The notes under the pieces: generated by a model
What the model was told of the DNA's origin: nothing
Database searches by the model: none
What the model saw: the letters and a program-made list of their open reading frames with translations, nothing else
NCBI GenBank assembly: GCA_050084985.1
Contig: JBITNC010000002.1
Coordinates: 16,678,001 to 16,742,000 of the forward strand
Direction of reading: 5' to 3'
DNA: 64,000 nucleotides
Source of the DNA: Nageia nagi
Lineage: Eukaryota; Plantae; Pinophyta
Made by a program: the position numbers and the translations under genes
In this document: positions 50,293-64,000 of the stretch, piece after piece
How the letters are laid out: each line of letters begins with the position of its first letter
Position numbering within the stretch: the stretch's first letter is position 1

Positions 50293-53200
50293 TAGGGAAA
50301 ATTTTAGCCATGAATCTTTGCTTATAAACAAATTTTAGGATTCTAGATTTTTAATTTGGTGAATTATGGGAGTAAAGATATATTCACAATCGTTAAAATT
50401 TTATAGATTTTTTAAATTATATAGGTCGGTTGCCAAAAACATTTAAGCCTTCAATTTTTTTATACAATCATTGATATTACAAAATAGATCATAGAAATAA
50501 TTACCAAAATTTCATACAAATATATATAACACATAATCAAATCTCCTCTTATAAATAAATGCTATTATTTAGTTGCATCATGCAACCATTTGATCACATA
50601 TGGAATATTCATAAATAAAAATATGTCTTTTTTTCTTGAAGGGTGGCGATAGTAGCAGATAGAAATCCCCCCTTACACCCTCGTCTACTTGCTTTTCCCT
50701 ATTGCAAAAAAATAGAGAATTGTGACATTTTGATGTGAAAAAATAGTTAATAAAAAAATCACTAAAAGTTTCTACTTATTTTTTGGAATTTAAGTATAAA
50801 ATAGTCCCTCACTTTGGTCTAGAGTGAGTTGCATCCCATTGACAATATCATCAGTTTTCTTTATTTATTTGATCTACATTAGGATTTTTTTTTAGAAATT
50901 GGTCTTTTGTCTCAAAGGAATATCTTCTTTGCTTTCTTGATGATCTTTTCTCTTATTTTTGTTGACCTCACTTCTATCCTTTTCCCTCTTTACACCATTA
51001 ACTTGGATTCCTCATATAGGAAAGTATTCATATCCATTGTGTCATCCTTATCTAAGTCCTCTAGTTCATTTTCCCTCTCTTCCTCTTTTGGCATTGTTTC
51101 ATATATATTTTAGTTTTCATCAGAGAGTTCTAGTGGTATGAATGGGTTTCTACTCATGGAGGGATTAATAATCTCATTCTAAGATTGACCTTGAGCTCCT
51201 TTTGTAGCTTGGTTTTTGTTCTTATTATTGTATTGTTCCTTCTTCTTGTAAACTTATCTTTGGACTAGGATACATACCTTATCATTCATCCTATTTATAG
51301 TTTCATTTACTTTCTTAGGTGTATTAGTCTCTTTCTTCCTATTAAGTAAACCCTTTTCATAGTGATCATATTTCCTATAGATAGTACAATGAAAGAGAAT
51401 ATTTTAGTAAATAATTTCTCTCACAAGTGCCTCCATCTTATTTATCTATGAATATTCATTTATTGAATTCCTTAGTAATATATATGTTAGCATATAATCT
51501 AACATCAATCATCTTGTTTCAGTTCTTTATTCCTTTGTCAATTCAAATCAACTCTCCTATTCCTCTTGCAATTTTAGCAATGATATTATTATTCGAATAT
51601 TTTATTTGAAGGTAAGAGAGGCTAATCAATGTAAGAATTAGATTTATATTTTCTATTTCAAAATTGAATCCTATATGCGAACATTTTAGAACCAATCCCT
51701 TTCTCCATAAAACTAAGGTCCCATTTTAATAACTTTCGTAATATCATCTTTGTAAGTAAGCTAAAAGAAAAAAATTTCCCTAGAGAGTGGTATAAGTTAA
51801 ACTTGTCCTTTATTTAACTAATTTTCACTCATCCATTTATGAATGATATCAATTATTAGCTTGATTCCTTCTAATCTTATAATAAAAGTATTTTTTGTCT
51901 ATTTATTTCATAGTTCATAATTACCTTAGGACTAAGATACGAGCCTATTTTATCTTAGTTTCAAGTATCATTTCAATTTCATTGATAAGTTTAGTCCTAT
52001 ATTTGGTAATTATATTCACATATTCATAAGAAGGTTTAGAGCCTAGTTTCTACTTCGCTTTATTCATCCTATTTTGAGTATCATTTGAATGCATTTTCTC
52101 TACGTTATAACTTCACTTCTTCTATAACTAGTACACATTACAATTTTTTTAAATGAAAAATATATTACCCTTCCTAATAAAAGTTTTATATTTATTGTAC
52201 TTATATATTTATGAGATTTTATATTTTAGTTGAAATCAAGAGATATAGTATTCATCTCATGCTAAATACATCTCCAACTATTTTCCCAAATCTTTTAGCT
52301 AGGATGAGCTACAAAATATCTTTTCTTGTTAGAGGATATTTTTTGGTGAATTTTGTAAATAAAAAAGGTAAACTAGGATCATGTATAAAATGGTACTTAT
52401 AGAAATATACATCTCTTTGTAGTGACCATGAAAGGATATTCCCTTACAGTAGCTCCAAAATAAATTTCATAGATATATAAATATTAGTAATTATAAAGGA
52501 ATTAGTTATCGAAGATTATGGATAAAGTTTATTTTTTAGATAAGTGATCTCTTCTAAATGTTCACCTTGGAGTTGTAGCAAATAATCATTGGCTATCTTT
52601 TCTAGTTCTATACCAAAAGAGGGTTGATGAATGGTATTTTGGTGAACTTGAATATCTTCTATGATTAATCTATATACATCTAGGTCTCTATGTATATCTT
52701 ATATTGTATTCTAGAAAATTTTATACCATTTTATAATTTTTTATTTTTATTGTACACCTTGTTCTATAAGTTATTTCTTTCAAATGACTCATGAGTAACT
52801 ACTTCATGTTTATTACCAATATTCTTGGAGCCATCATCGTCAATATTGAATTGGTGTTGATAATAATTCATAATATTAATACGTCATAAAATAGAATTAG
52901 AATCATAAATATTAATCATAATGTATACATGAAAGAGAGAGAAAATATAACCTTTGAGTTCCTAAAGGCATGCTCTAAGTATAATATAAAATTAAACATA
53001 TAACCCAACGTTAGCATTGGGTTATCTTTGAACTATTCTATCAAAAACCATTAAATTTGATAAGATATTTTATCTAAATTTAATGATCTTATCCTTTGAG
53101 TCATAATGATTCTTAACTTCTTTCTATGTCTTTTCCCCTGAACACTAGTGCTAGCATTAGGTTACTAAATATTCTAATTTTAAATTTTTTTATATTTCTT

Positions 53201-56128
53201 ATACTGAAGATCATTTTATTTTCCTTGTGAAATCTTTCTTAACTAAGTTTAATTATATCATATATTCCAAATTTTACTATTTTTCCCCAAGTTCTAACAT
53301 TGGTTATAGACTATTAACGAATCAAATTCTAAAATATCCTTTATAAATTCTTCTTTAAGAATCATTCTAAGATACTGCAAAATTAATAGATAAGAATGGA
53401 CTTGATAATGAATAATACATGGAAAATGAACCTATAATGAACTTAAATACTTGATAATAAAATATTGAACATAATTAAGTAGATTAAACATAAAAGATTT
53501 TGAACATAAAAAACTAAGTGTGAAAGATCATAAAACATAAGATGTAACCTAATCTATATGAATATGAAATTCTAGCTTATATGAGATGCTATAGAAAATA
53601 AAAATATCTTATGGTATTAGGTATCTTGATATGCATTTTAAGTTCATGTGTTCAAATTATTATATTGGTCAATAAATCTTTTATCTCAAGACTATGTTTC
53701 TTAGAGGTTAGTAATAACATCTTTTACCCAATATTTATGATGTAGTTTGAGTGTTAATATCATAAATTCTCATAAGTCACATGAATTTTACAAAAATAAA
53801 TCTATCAATTTACCAATATCTTGAATAAGTTCATTAGTAGCATTATAATCGATAATATCATTATCATAACTAGTCTCATTCAAGCATTCAAATTGAACAA
53901 TCTTGTTTTCTCTTACTTATCTATGTCCTTTTTAAAATAAATAAGGTATTCATATTCTTTAGAGATAGTTTTTTCCTTAAAGAAATAATATTTTATGAGT
54001 TTATTATATGAATTCATTTTGGTTTCAAATTCTTCATTAGCTAAATCTCTTTATGTTGTAATATATTTCACTAGCTCATAAAATTTCTTATCATTTTCTT
54101 CTTTGAACTTTTGATAAAGATTACCATGATGATTACAGTCCTTATCAATATCATTCTCATTATTATCATATTGTTCATAATCAATAATATTATCATCTTC
54201 AATATCATTATCATCATATTGACCAATGTTAGGATCTTGTTCAAAAGAAGTAATATCCACATCTTTTAAATAATATTTTCTTCAGTAATATTGACATTAA
54301 TATTAGTATTATATAAATGCTAATATGAGGGAATTTTCCTCAATGCATCTAATACCACATTAAAACTATCTACAGTAAATTCAATCATGTAACCAACTAG
54401 AATGCACATGTAAGCCATGATAATGTATAAAAGAATATCAATCATAAAAGAAATCAATGTTAATGCTAGAATAACAAAAGAATATACATGATACAATATA
54501 ATAAAGTTAACAAATCCTAGTTAAGATATAGGGAATGAAATATTCTGTTCACCAACTATGTAGATACTTAAAATAAATCTAATAATTAAATAAATTTAGT
54601 ATTGCAAGTAATAATAAAAATAATAGTAGTATAGTACAACATACCAAAGATAACAATGATAAATGATAATAACTAAGATATTAAATAATATGCAATCAAT
54701 AGGAAGTGTAATATTCATTATTATATCGAGTATCATAAGCCTATCAAGATGAGAGACTCAATATAATACATATCATCTTACTTATGTGAGTCTATTACAT
54801 GAGGTATAGTTCATTTAGGTTATCAATACTTTGATAGTGAAATCTAAGATAAATTATCCTTAATAGCATAATGCATTCTCTAGGTTCAATAAATTCAAAA
54901 GACTCAACATTTGTACATGGTTATCTTAATATAATATCTTCAATAATATCAATCATATGTGCAAACCTACAATAAGAAGCCTACCCTAGTTTATAACATG
55001 AAATAAAAGTACCAATGCTCAGGTGATAGAAAATATAAATCTTAGTATGTGATGTTGATAAATACTTAGATCATAAAGCATGCATTGTCCAATAAATATA
55101 AAGATATGATCATCATCCCATATGAGGGTTTACCCTTTTTATAGGTAATATAACCATTGTGCTATCTAACTAGAAGCTAGTACTAATGCCAATGTCATTC
55201 TAGAAGAAAAGAGAAAACAACATGAGATAAGCACTTATGTTGGTTAATATGATAATAAAAGAATATTTATCATCATAATAGAACATATTATCAATTAAGT
55301 AATATAACAATTAATTTAGGATATAAGATATCTAAATTATGTGTCAACAAATATATTATAGGTCCATGAGTCATTTTTTCTATCATTTAAGACTTTTTGG
55401 TGTTTATCCTAACCTGACTTGAGTTAATTAGCTCCATGTGGGGGTATGTTTAAATAACCCCACCCTTTTTTTGTTATAATTTTAATTGTGTTTTATTAAT
55501 TAAATATAGTCTATTACATCAATTTAACAAAAATAATCAATAAAAATTTAGAAATATAATAAAATTATAATACATTGATAAATATACATAATGCATCAAC
55601 TAAGTTCCCTTAGTAATATGGTTGTACAGTATCTCAAACTATTTATACTTTGAAATATCCTCATTTGAGATAAATTATGGGCACAATATTCTTACATTAA
55701 TTTAATGCACTCCATGGTTAACAAAGTATAATGAATATGCAATAACATCAACGAGAGGTTATATCCATTCTTAAAGATAGCCTTTACTAAACCCTATGTA
55801 GTATGAAACAAGAACAAACCAACATAAATCTTAAGGAACTTTTATGGAATGTCAAATTGAATAATAACAAATATTAATATCAATACTCATATTGAATTTG
55901 CTTAAAATTATCAAAATAATGTTAATGGTTACAAAAATATTTATTACTCGACATAAATTTATCATTTTATGGTTGTCATTGAACTATAATGTTGAAACTT
56001 TCAATGATTAGGATCAAGTATTTAATCCTTTTCAATAATAATTAAATGTATGATCAACATTAAGATTAATAATGATCACCCCCCTGTCACTAAAGATAGG
56101 AATCAACCCTCCCAAAACATTTCCCTTA
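50293..56128 (-). mobile_element. Highly decayed DNA-transposon relic, CACTA/EnSpm-like coding traces
   Basis: Acidic tract ending KKFYELVK (ORF 54051-54260), LSIIMLLMNL (~53830), KCISRY (~53620) and GISFHG (~52430) resemble TnpD/Transposase_21 segments. Possible ends TAGGGAAAATTTT and ACATTTCCCTTA. Weak. Confidence 0.35.
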
Positions 56129-56958
56129 GTAAGACCATAATCAATTGTAGGTTTTTATTGCTCATAACTCTTCATCAACAAAGAGTTAAGGAAAAAAGGG
56201 GCAAGTTATAAAGAATAAAATAAATATTTTCTAGTTAGTTTAGAATATATATGATCTATAAGAACTTTTCCCAAATGTAAGTGGCCTAAAAACAAGCAAA
56301 ACAATTACCTCACTCAAGCTTCTACCTCTCCAATGCATGGATGACACATCAATTATAACTAACATTACTAATGTTTATATCATTTTCTTACTTAAGTAAT
56401 ATGATCTCATGTCTCTCTACCACATTCCCAAAGGAGGTAAATCATAGATACTTAAAAATATTTTTCCTTTATTTCTAAGAGTGAATAATTAATAAATATT
56501 TTTAAATATATATGATGGTTATTAAAAATAATAAACTAACACCTTAGGTATTTTAAAATTTCAAAGTATCTTCTCATTATTTTTATTTTAAAATTTAAAT
56601 GTTGAGTATCTTTTATTGCTATTTTTTATCTTTTGTATAAAGTTAATATTAATTGAATAATATGTATCATTTAATAGATCTATATCTATAATTTTCCACA
56701 TATCAACCTCAATCCAAATTCTTAATAATATAAAAATGAAGAGTTTTAATAGATATCTTTTTTTTTAGTACATGATCAACATAATTTAATTTAAAATTTT
56801 ATATTTATTTAATAAAAATAATACACTTATAAAACATAAAACTACTCATTTTAAAAATATAAATTAATTTTCTTTAATAAATTATAATTTATATTATTAT
56901 AAAAAAATAACTCAAAAAACTATAACAAATTAACCAATTTATTCAATTATAAAGGTAT

Positions 56959-56960
<2 letters not shown>

Positions 56961-57032
<72 letters not shown>
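56961..57032. repeat. (AT)36 microsatellite
   Basis: Pure AT run of 72 bp. Confidence 0.98.
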
Positions 57033-57035
<3 letters not shown>

Positions 57036-57142
57036 GAAAAGCATCTATATTACAACATCAAAGTTAAAAACACCAAAGTTCTAGAGTCCACGATCTTTCC
57101 TTTTGATGTCACCTTTTACATTTGAAGAGCATAAACATTTTT

Positions 57143-58257
57143 TTAGACCGTCCAATTCTCAAGCCAAGGAAACAAACGCTTCAAAATCCTATCAACATGT
57201 TCAAAGTATTTCCTCCTCCACCTTGATAAACTAATCAGTGATATTTTGCCCCCAAAGCTTGCTCCACACGACAAGCCTAATGCAATCTCATACCATGGAA
57301 TTTTAGTGGTCTTCTTTCCATTGTCATATGCTGTAGGATGCTTAGGAGTAAATTCTGGCCAAGAACAGTTCTTTGGAAGAGGACATCCCCATAAGTTTTG
57401 ATTCCCCAAGAATGATGAGTTCTGAAATGTTTCGAGCTTTCCCCCTTGGGCTATAATTCCTGAAAGATTGTTGTTGGCCAAATTTAATGTGCCCAAGTAG
57501 CTGAGAGATTCAAGCTCCCAAGGAATCCTTCCAGAGAACCCGTTCATAGAAAGATCTAATGAATCTAGCTGCTGTAATTCTCCCAAACTACTTGGAATAT
57601 TCCCATGTAGATTGTTCCTCGATAGATTCAGAGACCTTAACGCTTTTAGTTTTCCAAAATCTGAAGGGACTGTTCCATTCAATTTGTTGTTGGAGAGATC
57701 GATCACTCTGAAAGTGGAAAGTATATATGGGTAATGGTCAACTCTGCCTTTTGTAGTTAAATACATATCATCATAATACATTTGCATATAAAATTCACGA
57801 CGGATGTGGAATGAAAGCGTATGGGACAGCTGAAGACCATCTTCTTTAGCTATAGCCATTGCTTGCAAAGGCACAATGGTGTGCGGTATAGAACCTGATA
57901 TATGATTGGAAGAAAGCTGCAAGATCTGGAGGTTCTTAAGTTTTCCAATTTCTATTGGAATATTGCCTTCAAAACCATTCCCCTGCACCACTAGAACTTT
58001 CAATAGTGCAAGATTTCCAATTGATTTTGGAATTTGACCATCGAATGAATTGTCCCCAAAACTTGCAATTTTGTACAATTGGTGATAAAATGGGGGAATG
58101 ATCCCTGAAGCTTATTATTACGAACCACAAATGACTGGAGTTTGCTTAGCTTACCAAACTCTTGGGGTATCCTTCCCTTCAAACTATTGTTTCCCAAATG
58201 TAAAATTTGAAGCGCTGAGGAATTGGCTAAACTTGGAGGAATGATTCCACTTAAATT
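57143..58257 (-). pseudogene. RLP paralog of 33471-35189, 5'-truncated and frameshifted
   Basis: Near-identical to 33471-34592. A 7-bp deletion at ~58058 (CCCCAA[TATCTAA]AACTTG) splits ORFs 58000-58197 and 57143-58078, and homology stops at ~58257. Confidence 0.92.
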
Positions 58258-60872
58258 ATATTAAGGAGGAAATTTGAAGAGGTGGCCATTGGGACTGGGC
58301 GTAAGGAATGAAGAAGGGGCGTGGGCATTGCCGAAGATGATCACAGAGGATTCCAATGCCAGTATTTATTGTAATGCAGGTGGAATGTTATCCACGCAAA
58401 ATGCCACCAAAGCCTTCTACCAACTTCACTACAGAAATTTCATTGAACGCGCAACTTTACTACCTTCACATTATTTTCTGATTGTAATATAAAATAATTA
58501 AATTTCAAATATATTAAACAATAATAATAAATAGCTGTGTAATAAATAAAGTATTGAAACGAAATATATTTGATTGTAATTATAGTTTGATACTTTTGTT
58601 CTTTCTAAATACTGAAAATGATTATGAATAAATCAAAAACTGCTTTTATATATATATATATAGTTCCTTTAAAATATCATTTATTTATTTTAATTTTTAT
58701 TGAGGAATATGAATAAAGAAAAATAGTTTCATTTCAATTAAAAAATATATTCATTTTGAACAAGAAAATGGTTTCATTTCTATTGAAAAATATGTGCATA
58801 CATTAAACATCCCCTTTCAATGATGATATCCAAAACTTGAGGTCATAATTGTAATTATTAATAATCTTTTCCTTCATGAATTTCTTTATATGTGTATGTA
58901 GAATGTATTGAAGGATCAAATATAAATGTGTAATGCATTTCAATCTTGGATCCTTTAATGCATAATTGGAAAATTCATGTTATCGTTAATTAAAAGAGTG
59001 ACACCTCTTTTCATCAAATTCATGTTCATGGAAAATTTGCCTCAACCATGCAATCTTGCAGGTCATCTAAGCTACAATTTTATATTTATTTTTTGTTGGA
59101 GATATGGAGACATTTATGTTGCTTACTTGATAAATTAATATAACCAATTTGAAGTGAAATGTTAAATGCAGAATTAGAATTTCTTCTATTACATACCTAA
59201 CAAAATTTGCATTTGCATAACTAAATAACTTTATCTTGCATCATTTCCAATATAAGATAAGATGCATTTAATCTCCTTTTAAATTAAGTAAAAGGGATAA
59301 TCATAATATTAAAACCTTGTAAGGTATGAAATTACAATTGCAATATCTAACCTATTGTTTGTTGAGTAAGTAAGACATTAAAATTATCAGGGCCATATCC
59401 ACCAATAATAAGTTTCATTCTATTATTTTTTATGAAGAGGAGTGTAAGGTAGTGAAAAAAATATATGTTGATGAGGGTAGCAATGATAGCCAGTCTTCTA
59501 GTATCGTGAACTCTTCTTAAATAGTCTCACAAAGCCCATAATGTAGCCCCTCAAACACTCTAAGGGAGAGCTTTCCAAGTTCTTACTTAAGTGATTCATC
59601 ACATAAAATGTCAATTTTACTCTTATGTAAAGAAAGAGAAAAAATAAATCACTCCAACTTAATAATGCTAATTAAATTGTTGGAAAGAAACTTTGATAAA
59701 AGATTAGCTAGAGATGAAGCTTAGGATATTGACCAAGTTGTTCAAAATATTGAAAAGCTTTATGTGTACACCAATGATGAAGAAGAGCTAAAAGTTGACA
59801 TGATTAACTGTGATTTGATTATTTATATTGACTTTCAACATTCATATTTTGAATAATATTGTATTAATAGTGTTTGGATGCAAAGCTATAAAAGAATATA
59901 TTAATTCCATCTAATAAAATGATACTTAGTAATGAAGCCTAACATTGTATGAGATAGTATCTTTGCATAATCTTAATAATGAAGTAGTATTAATATCATC
60001 GTATATAGGTATTGCTCTTGTATCATGATACATAGGTATTGCTCTTGTATCATGATACATAGGCTTGGCAATGAATTAGACTCATGAAAGATGACTTGCA
60101 TGCCCATCATAAGGTTGAGTTTTATCTAATTATTGTAATAAACTATGCGATTCATATCATTATTAAGTTTTATATTGTTCTAAAAATTAATTATATATTT
60201 TATTATGTTAGATCATCACTTTTTCTTATGGAATGTGGTTATGTCAAATGTGAGATCATTACAATAAAATAAAAATATGAACTAAGTTTTAACCTTATCA
60301 AATGTAGTAATCTTATGAAATATTAAAAATAAAGAGATAATAATTTGCATATTAGAATCCTTATAAACTCTCAAAACTTTATTAACTTATCATAAGATTC
60401 ATCCTAATAACATTCATACTTTCATCATAAAGGAAATATGTAATATCTATTCCTTTTACCCTACATTATTGTAAAGCATTAATTAATTATAAATACATTT
60501 AATAGCTTAAACTACAAACAGTCAAATCTTAATCCTTAAAATATAATAAAATATTTATAATATCACGTTTACAAAAATAACACAATTCAACTTCTAGCTA
60601 TCAAACTTATTCAATAATAAAAAATACTTCTGAAATAGTTTTATAATTGATTTCAGTAATATTTAAAATATTCAGAAAAACTCAACCAAATTCGAAACTC
60701 CATTCAGCATATTTATAATTATCTATATCTATAACACAAACAGAAAAAAATCTTTCGGTTCAACTTTTAGGAATGAAAAGAAAATTAATGCTTTAAAATT
60801 ATGCATAATTATGTCATAACATGGAATTATGCTGGTCTTCTTTCCTTTCTCATACGCAGGAGGACTATGAGA

Positions 60873-61062
60873 AGTAAATTCTGATTAGGATTAGTTCTTT
60901 GGAAAAGGGCATCCCCATAAGTTTCAATTCCCAACAACTATGATGACTTTGGAAATGTTTATAGCTTTCGTTCATAATTCCTGAAAGGCTGCGGTTGACA
61001 AAATTTAATTTGCCCGAGTAGGTATTGAGTGATTCAACCTGCTAAGGATTTCTTCCAGATAA
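60873..61062 (-). pseudogene. Degenerate RLP C-terminal fragment
   Basis: Homologous to 33678-33865 (GNxNLWGCPFPKN-like) with indels. It is followed by a module shared with 39998-40065 and duplicated at ~61115-61270. Confidence 0.7.
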
Positions 61063-61546
61063 TGGCGACAAGAATGCGGATCAAATATTTCCACGCTGAA
61101 TGCAGGTAAGAAAATGAACACCCAAACGATTAATGTCAATGTGGGCCGAGGAGACAAAATGATTGATCTGGAATCTATCTTTTATGGAAATTTAAAGAAA
61201 ATGAACACCCAAACGATTAATGTCAATGTGGGCCAAGGAAGAGAAAATGATTGATCTGGAATCTATCTTTCATGGAAATTTAAAGAAGTTGCAAGGTGTT
61301 GTAAATGTTTACGTGGAAATGTGTTCTCTATCTCAACTCTTCAGAAATTCCTTGGTTTGAGGAGCATCTTCTTTTCTCATCCAGACTTTACTGGGCTTTA
61401 GATATGAGTCGTGCAATGACACCACGAAGAGCAACACGTGATGACTGATACATTACTTATGAGATCGATCATCACTATTAGGAGACCTTAAAAAGAAAGG
61501 CAATAGAAATTTCAAGCAAATGAATGTATAAATGTAATATTTTATA

Positions 61547-62255
61547 GGGAAAATTACAAAAGTAACCTTCAAAATTGAAGGAATTACAAAAATGATCTTA
61601 TAAAATTTTTAATTACAAAAATGATACTCCATTAGAAATTTCACGACTACATTCAAATTGTTTGTTTGGCATCTTTCAAACTCTCTTTTATGTGTGCATT
61701 TGATAATGATGTTAAGGTCAAAATTGAGAAGACCTTCTCCAAGATAGTGTCAATTTTGTCTTTTGTCAATCTTCACCATTGGAAAAGCCAAAGAAAATAT
61801 TTCCAACCGATGTTTTCGATGGAAAAATGGAGCGAAATTGCTTGAATTTTATACATTACCTGTTCATCCTAATTTTTGCATTGGAGTAGGGCAGTATATG
61901 TATAGAGAGCATATGTGAACCATTTCTTACAGCAAACTCGTAAGAAACAAAAGGATAATAAAAGTCAAAAGAGACGTTATGTGAATTTCGATTGATTGCT
62001 ATTAAGAAGTAGAGCATGGATAGACATACAAGAGGAGTTCAGGAAAGCATGCATAGTTTTGTTGAGATGTCCCTCTTTACAGAGTGCAACAACTATAGGG
62101 TGGGTAGGGGGATCTATTCTTATGAGAAGAAAGTTTGAGATACCCTTAGCAAACAATTTGAATCTAGTTCTGATTTGAGGTTTTTGTAAATAAAAGTTTT
62201 ACAGGGTTATTTTTGTAATTTTTTCAATTGTGAGGATCAGTTTTATAATTTTCCT
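61547..62255. mobile_element. Mutator-like (MULE) non-autonomous element
   Basis: Long imperfect TIRs beginning GGGAAAATTACAAAA and a perfect 9-bp TSD TATTTTATA (61538-61546, 62256-62264). The empty site is present in the paralog at ~47188-47196. Confidence 0.9.
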
Positions 62256-62764
62256 TATTTTATAATAGTGATGTGTTAAAATAAATTAATTTAGAATTTT
62301 TAAAATATAAATGTATTTTATATTATTTGATTTTAATTTTATTTTTTTTAAATTTATCTATTTATTTTATTGTTAAGATTTAAATGACATGTATTAAACA
62401 CCATTCCAACAACATGATATTATTACTTGATCAATAATATTAAATTCAAATAAAAAAATCAAAATTTAAATATTTCAAATAGTTAAAAATTTAAATTTTT
62501 GAGTTTTTGAAATTTGGGCCTAAATTCATTTAAAAAAATTAAGTGTATTTTTGCAATAAAATACATAATATAGCTTTGATTTGGATAATTTTTTTATGTT
62601 GGATTTAGAATTTTGAAGACTACAAATTGAGAATATTTTAAACCTTATTGGTGTTTTGTAAAGACATTTTATCAAGAAAAGAAGTTGTGTGAAAATTTTG
62701 TGATATAGTTGAGTTTTGAATATTTGACAAAAATGCATTCCCTAGTGAGTATTGTTGGTGTTGT

Positions 62765-64000
62765 ATTGATCGAAAAGAGAACTATCTAGAGTGGTCTAGA
62801 AAACTCAAGCATAACCTCATTTTCAATGACTTTTAGGTTATCATTTACGATGGTGATAATCCTCTTACCAAACCGACTGAAGCCAAGGAGCTTGCAATTC
62901 ATATTCATAAAAATATGAAGGTGTATGTTTTGATTGTAATTTCTATGAATAAAGAGGTTAATCACCATATTAAATCAATTGTTGATGTATGGAATAGTTT
63001 GAAAAAGTTGAAAGACTTATTTTTCAAAATTAGAATTAATCCAATTACAATTGAAACTTTTCAACCTTGACTTGAAGGATAATGATCCCATGGCATTAAT
63101 TTTATAAATTCAAGTAATTATGTATGATATAGATTCTACAAGTGTGAAGATGGATATTGCTCTTACATCCTTGATTACCCTCTACCCAACATATTATTAT
63201 TAACTTGAGTCACTCCAAGCTAGTGTTTTATTAAAAGCTCTCACTTTTGTTACATTGGCTGATAAAATTGCAGAGCTTGAGAAAGCTTTTGATAAAATTA
63301 TTGTAGAACTTATTGGAGATACATTGTGTGCTTTCCAAAAAGGAAATAATCCATAGTATGATTCTTTTATAGGAAAGTATAGAAGGTATTATTGTACTAG
63401 GAATAATAGAGGCAAGGGGTGGATCTAATCAAGATGACTGTCGATAGAGATGTTATCTTCATTATGTTCAATGTGATAGGAATAGAAATGATATAAAATT
63501 TTATCAAATACTATGGAAAAAAATCAAAAATAAACATAATAATAGGGCAAAAAAAAATAAAAAGATAAAGAACTCTAGAACTACTCAATTTGTTATTGTT
63601 GAGCATAAATTAGTATTGAAGATTTTCTCAATATTTATTTCACATCATGGGAAGATGTGTGGTTGCTTGATACTAATTTTTCATTAGACCTTCAAACCCA
63701 AAATTAGACCTTACTAACATATCCAACATTAGACCTTCAACGATAAAGATTGGAACTATAAGACTCGATTTACTAGGACTTCTAAATTTTATTCTTCATG
63801 ACGTTCTTTATCTTTTAGAATTGATGAGGAACTTTCTTTCTCTAGTCATAATTCATCAAAAAGAGCATTCTATTCACATTTTTAACAGTAAGGTAGAGAT
63901 AAGGAGATCTTCCAACAACAAGATTGCAATGATTGGAATGGAGGATAAGAAGCTACTTAAGCTAAAAGAAAATTTTGTTTGGTCGAAGAATTATGCATAT
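62765..64000 (+). pseudogene. Decayed Ty1/Copia gag-protease running off the window end
   Basis: ENYLEWSRKLKHNLIFND, LKDNDPMAL, LYPTYYY*LESLQAS, protease EDVWLLDT (~63652) and LHDVLYL (~63795). Confidence 0.8.

Noticed and set aside
60006-60063. 27-bp direct repeat ATAGGTATTGCTCTTGTATCATGATAC x2
   Set aside because: Simple local slippage duplication, absent from the paralog; no further signal.

Overview
AT-rich, CpG-depleted plant nuclear DNA. The retrotransposon types and gene families suggest a gymnosperm (inference). There are no rRNA, tRNA or prokaryotic genes. Left half (1-31.8 kb): the 3' end of a Gypsy/Tat-type LTR element carrying an antisense plant-mobile-domain (PMD) pseudogene, followed by a decayed Ty1/Copia element (6617-31809, minus strand, AGTTG target-site duplication). 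The Copia is split by three nested insertions: a two-LTR element with only about 630 bp of internal sequence (itself holding a hAT-type MITE), a probable solo LTR, and a 14.4-kb Gypsy/Tat element (15115-29544) with gag but no recognisable pol. The inner region of that Gypsy element is built from several arrays of short hairpin repeats. The most striking has 12 copies of a 24-nt palindromic repeat separated by 22-49 nt variable spacers, a CRISPR-like architecture without cas genes. Right half: a decaying cluster of LRR receptor-like protein (RLP) genes (one 572-aa open but N-truncated copy, one frameshifted copy and three fragments). These are interleaved with tandemly amplified dead PPR E+/DYW-domain units, PPR fragments, two LINE fragments, a CACTA-like relic, a Mutator MITE whose empty site is also present in the window, an (AT)36 microsatellite and the start of another Copia gag-protease. 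All coordinates and translations were read by eye; no database searches were run.
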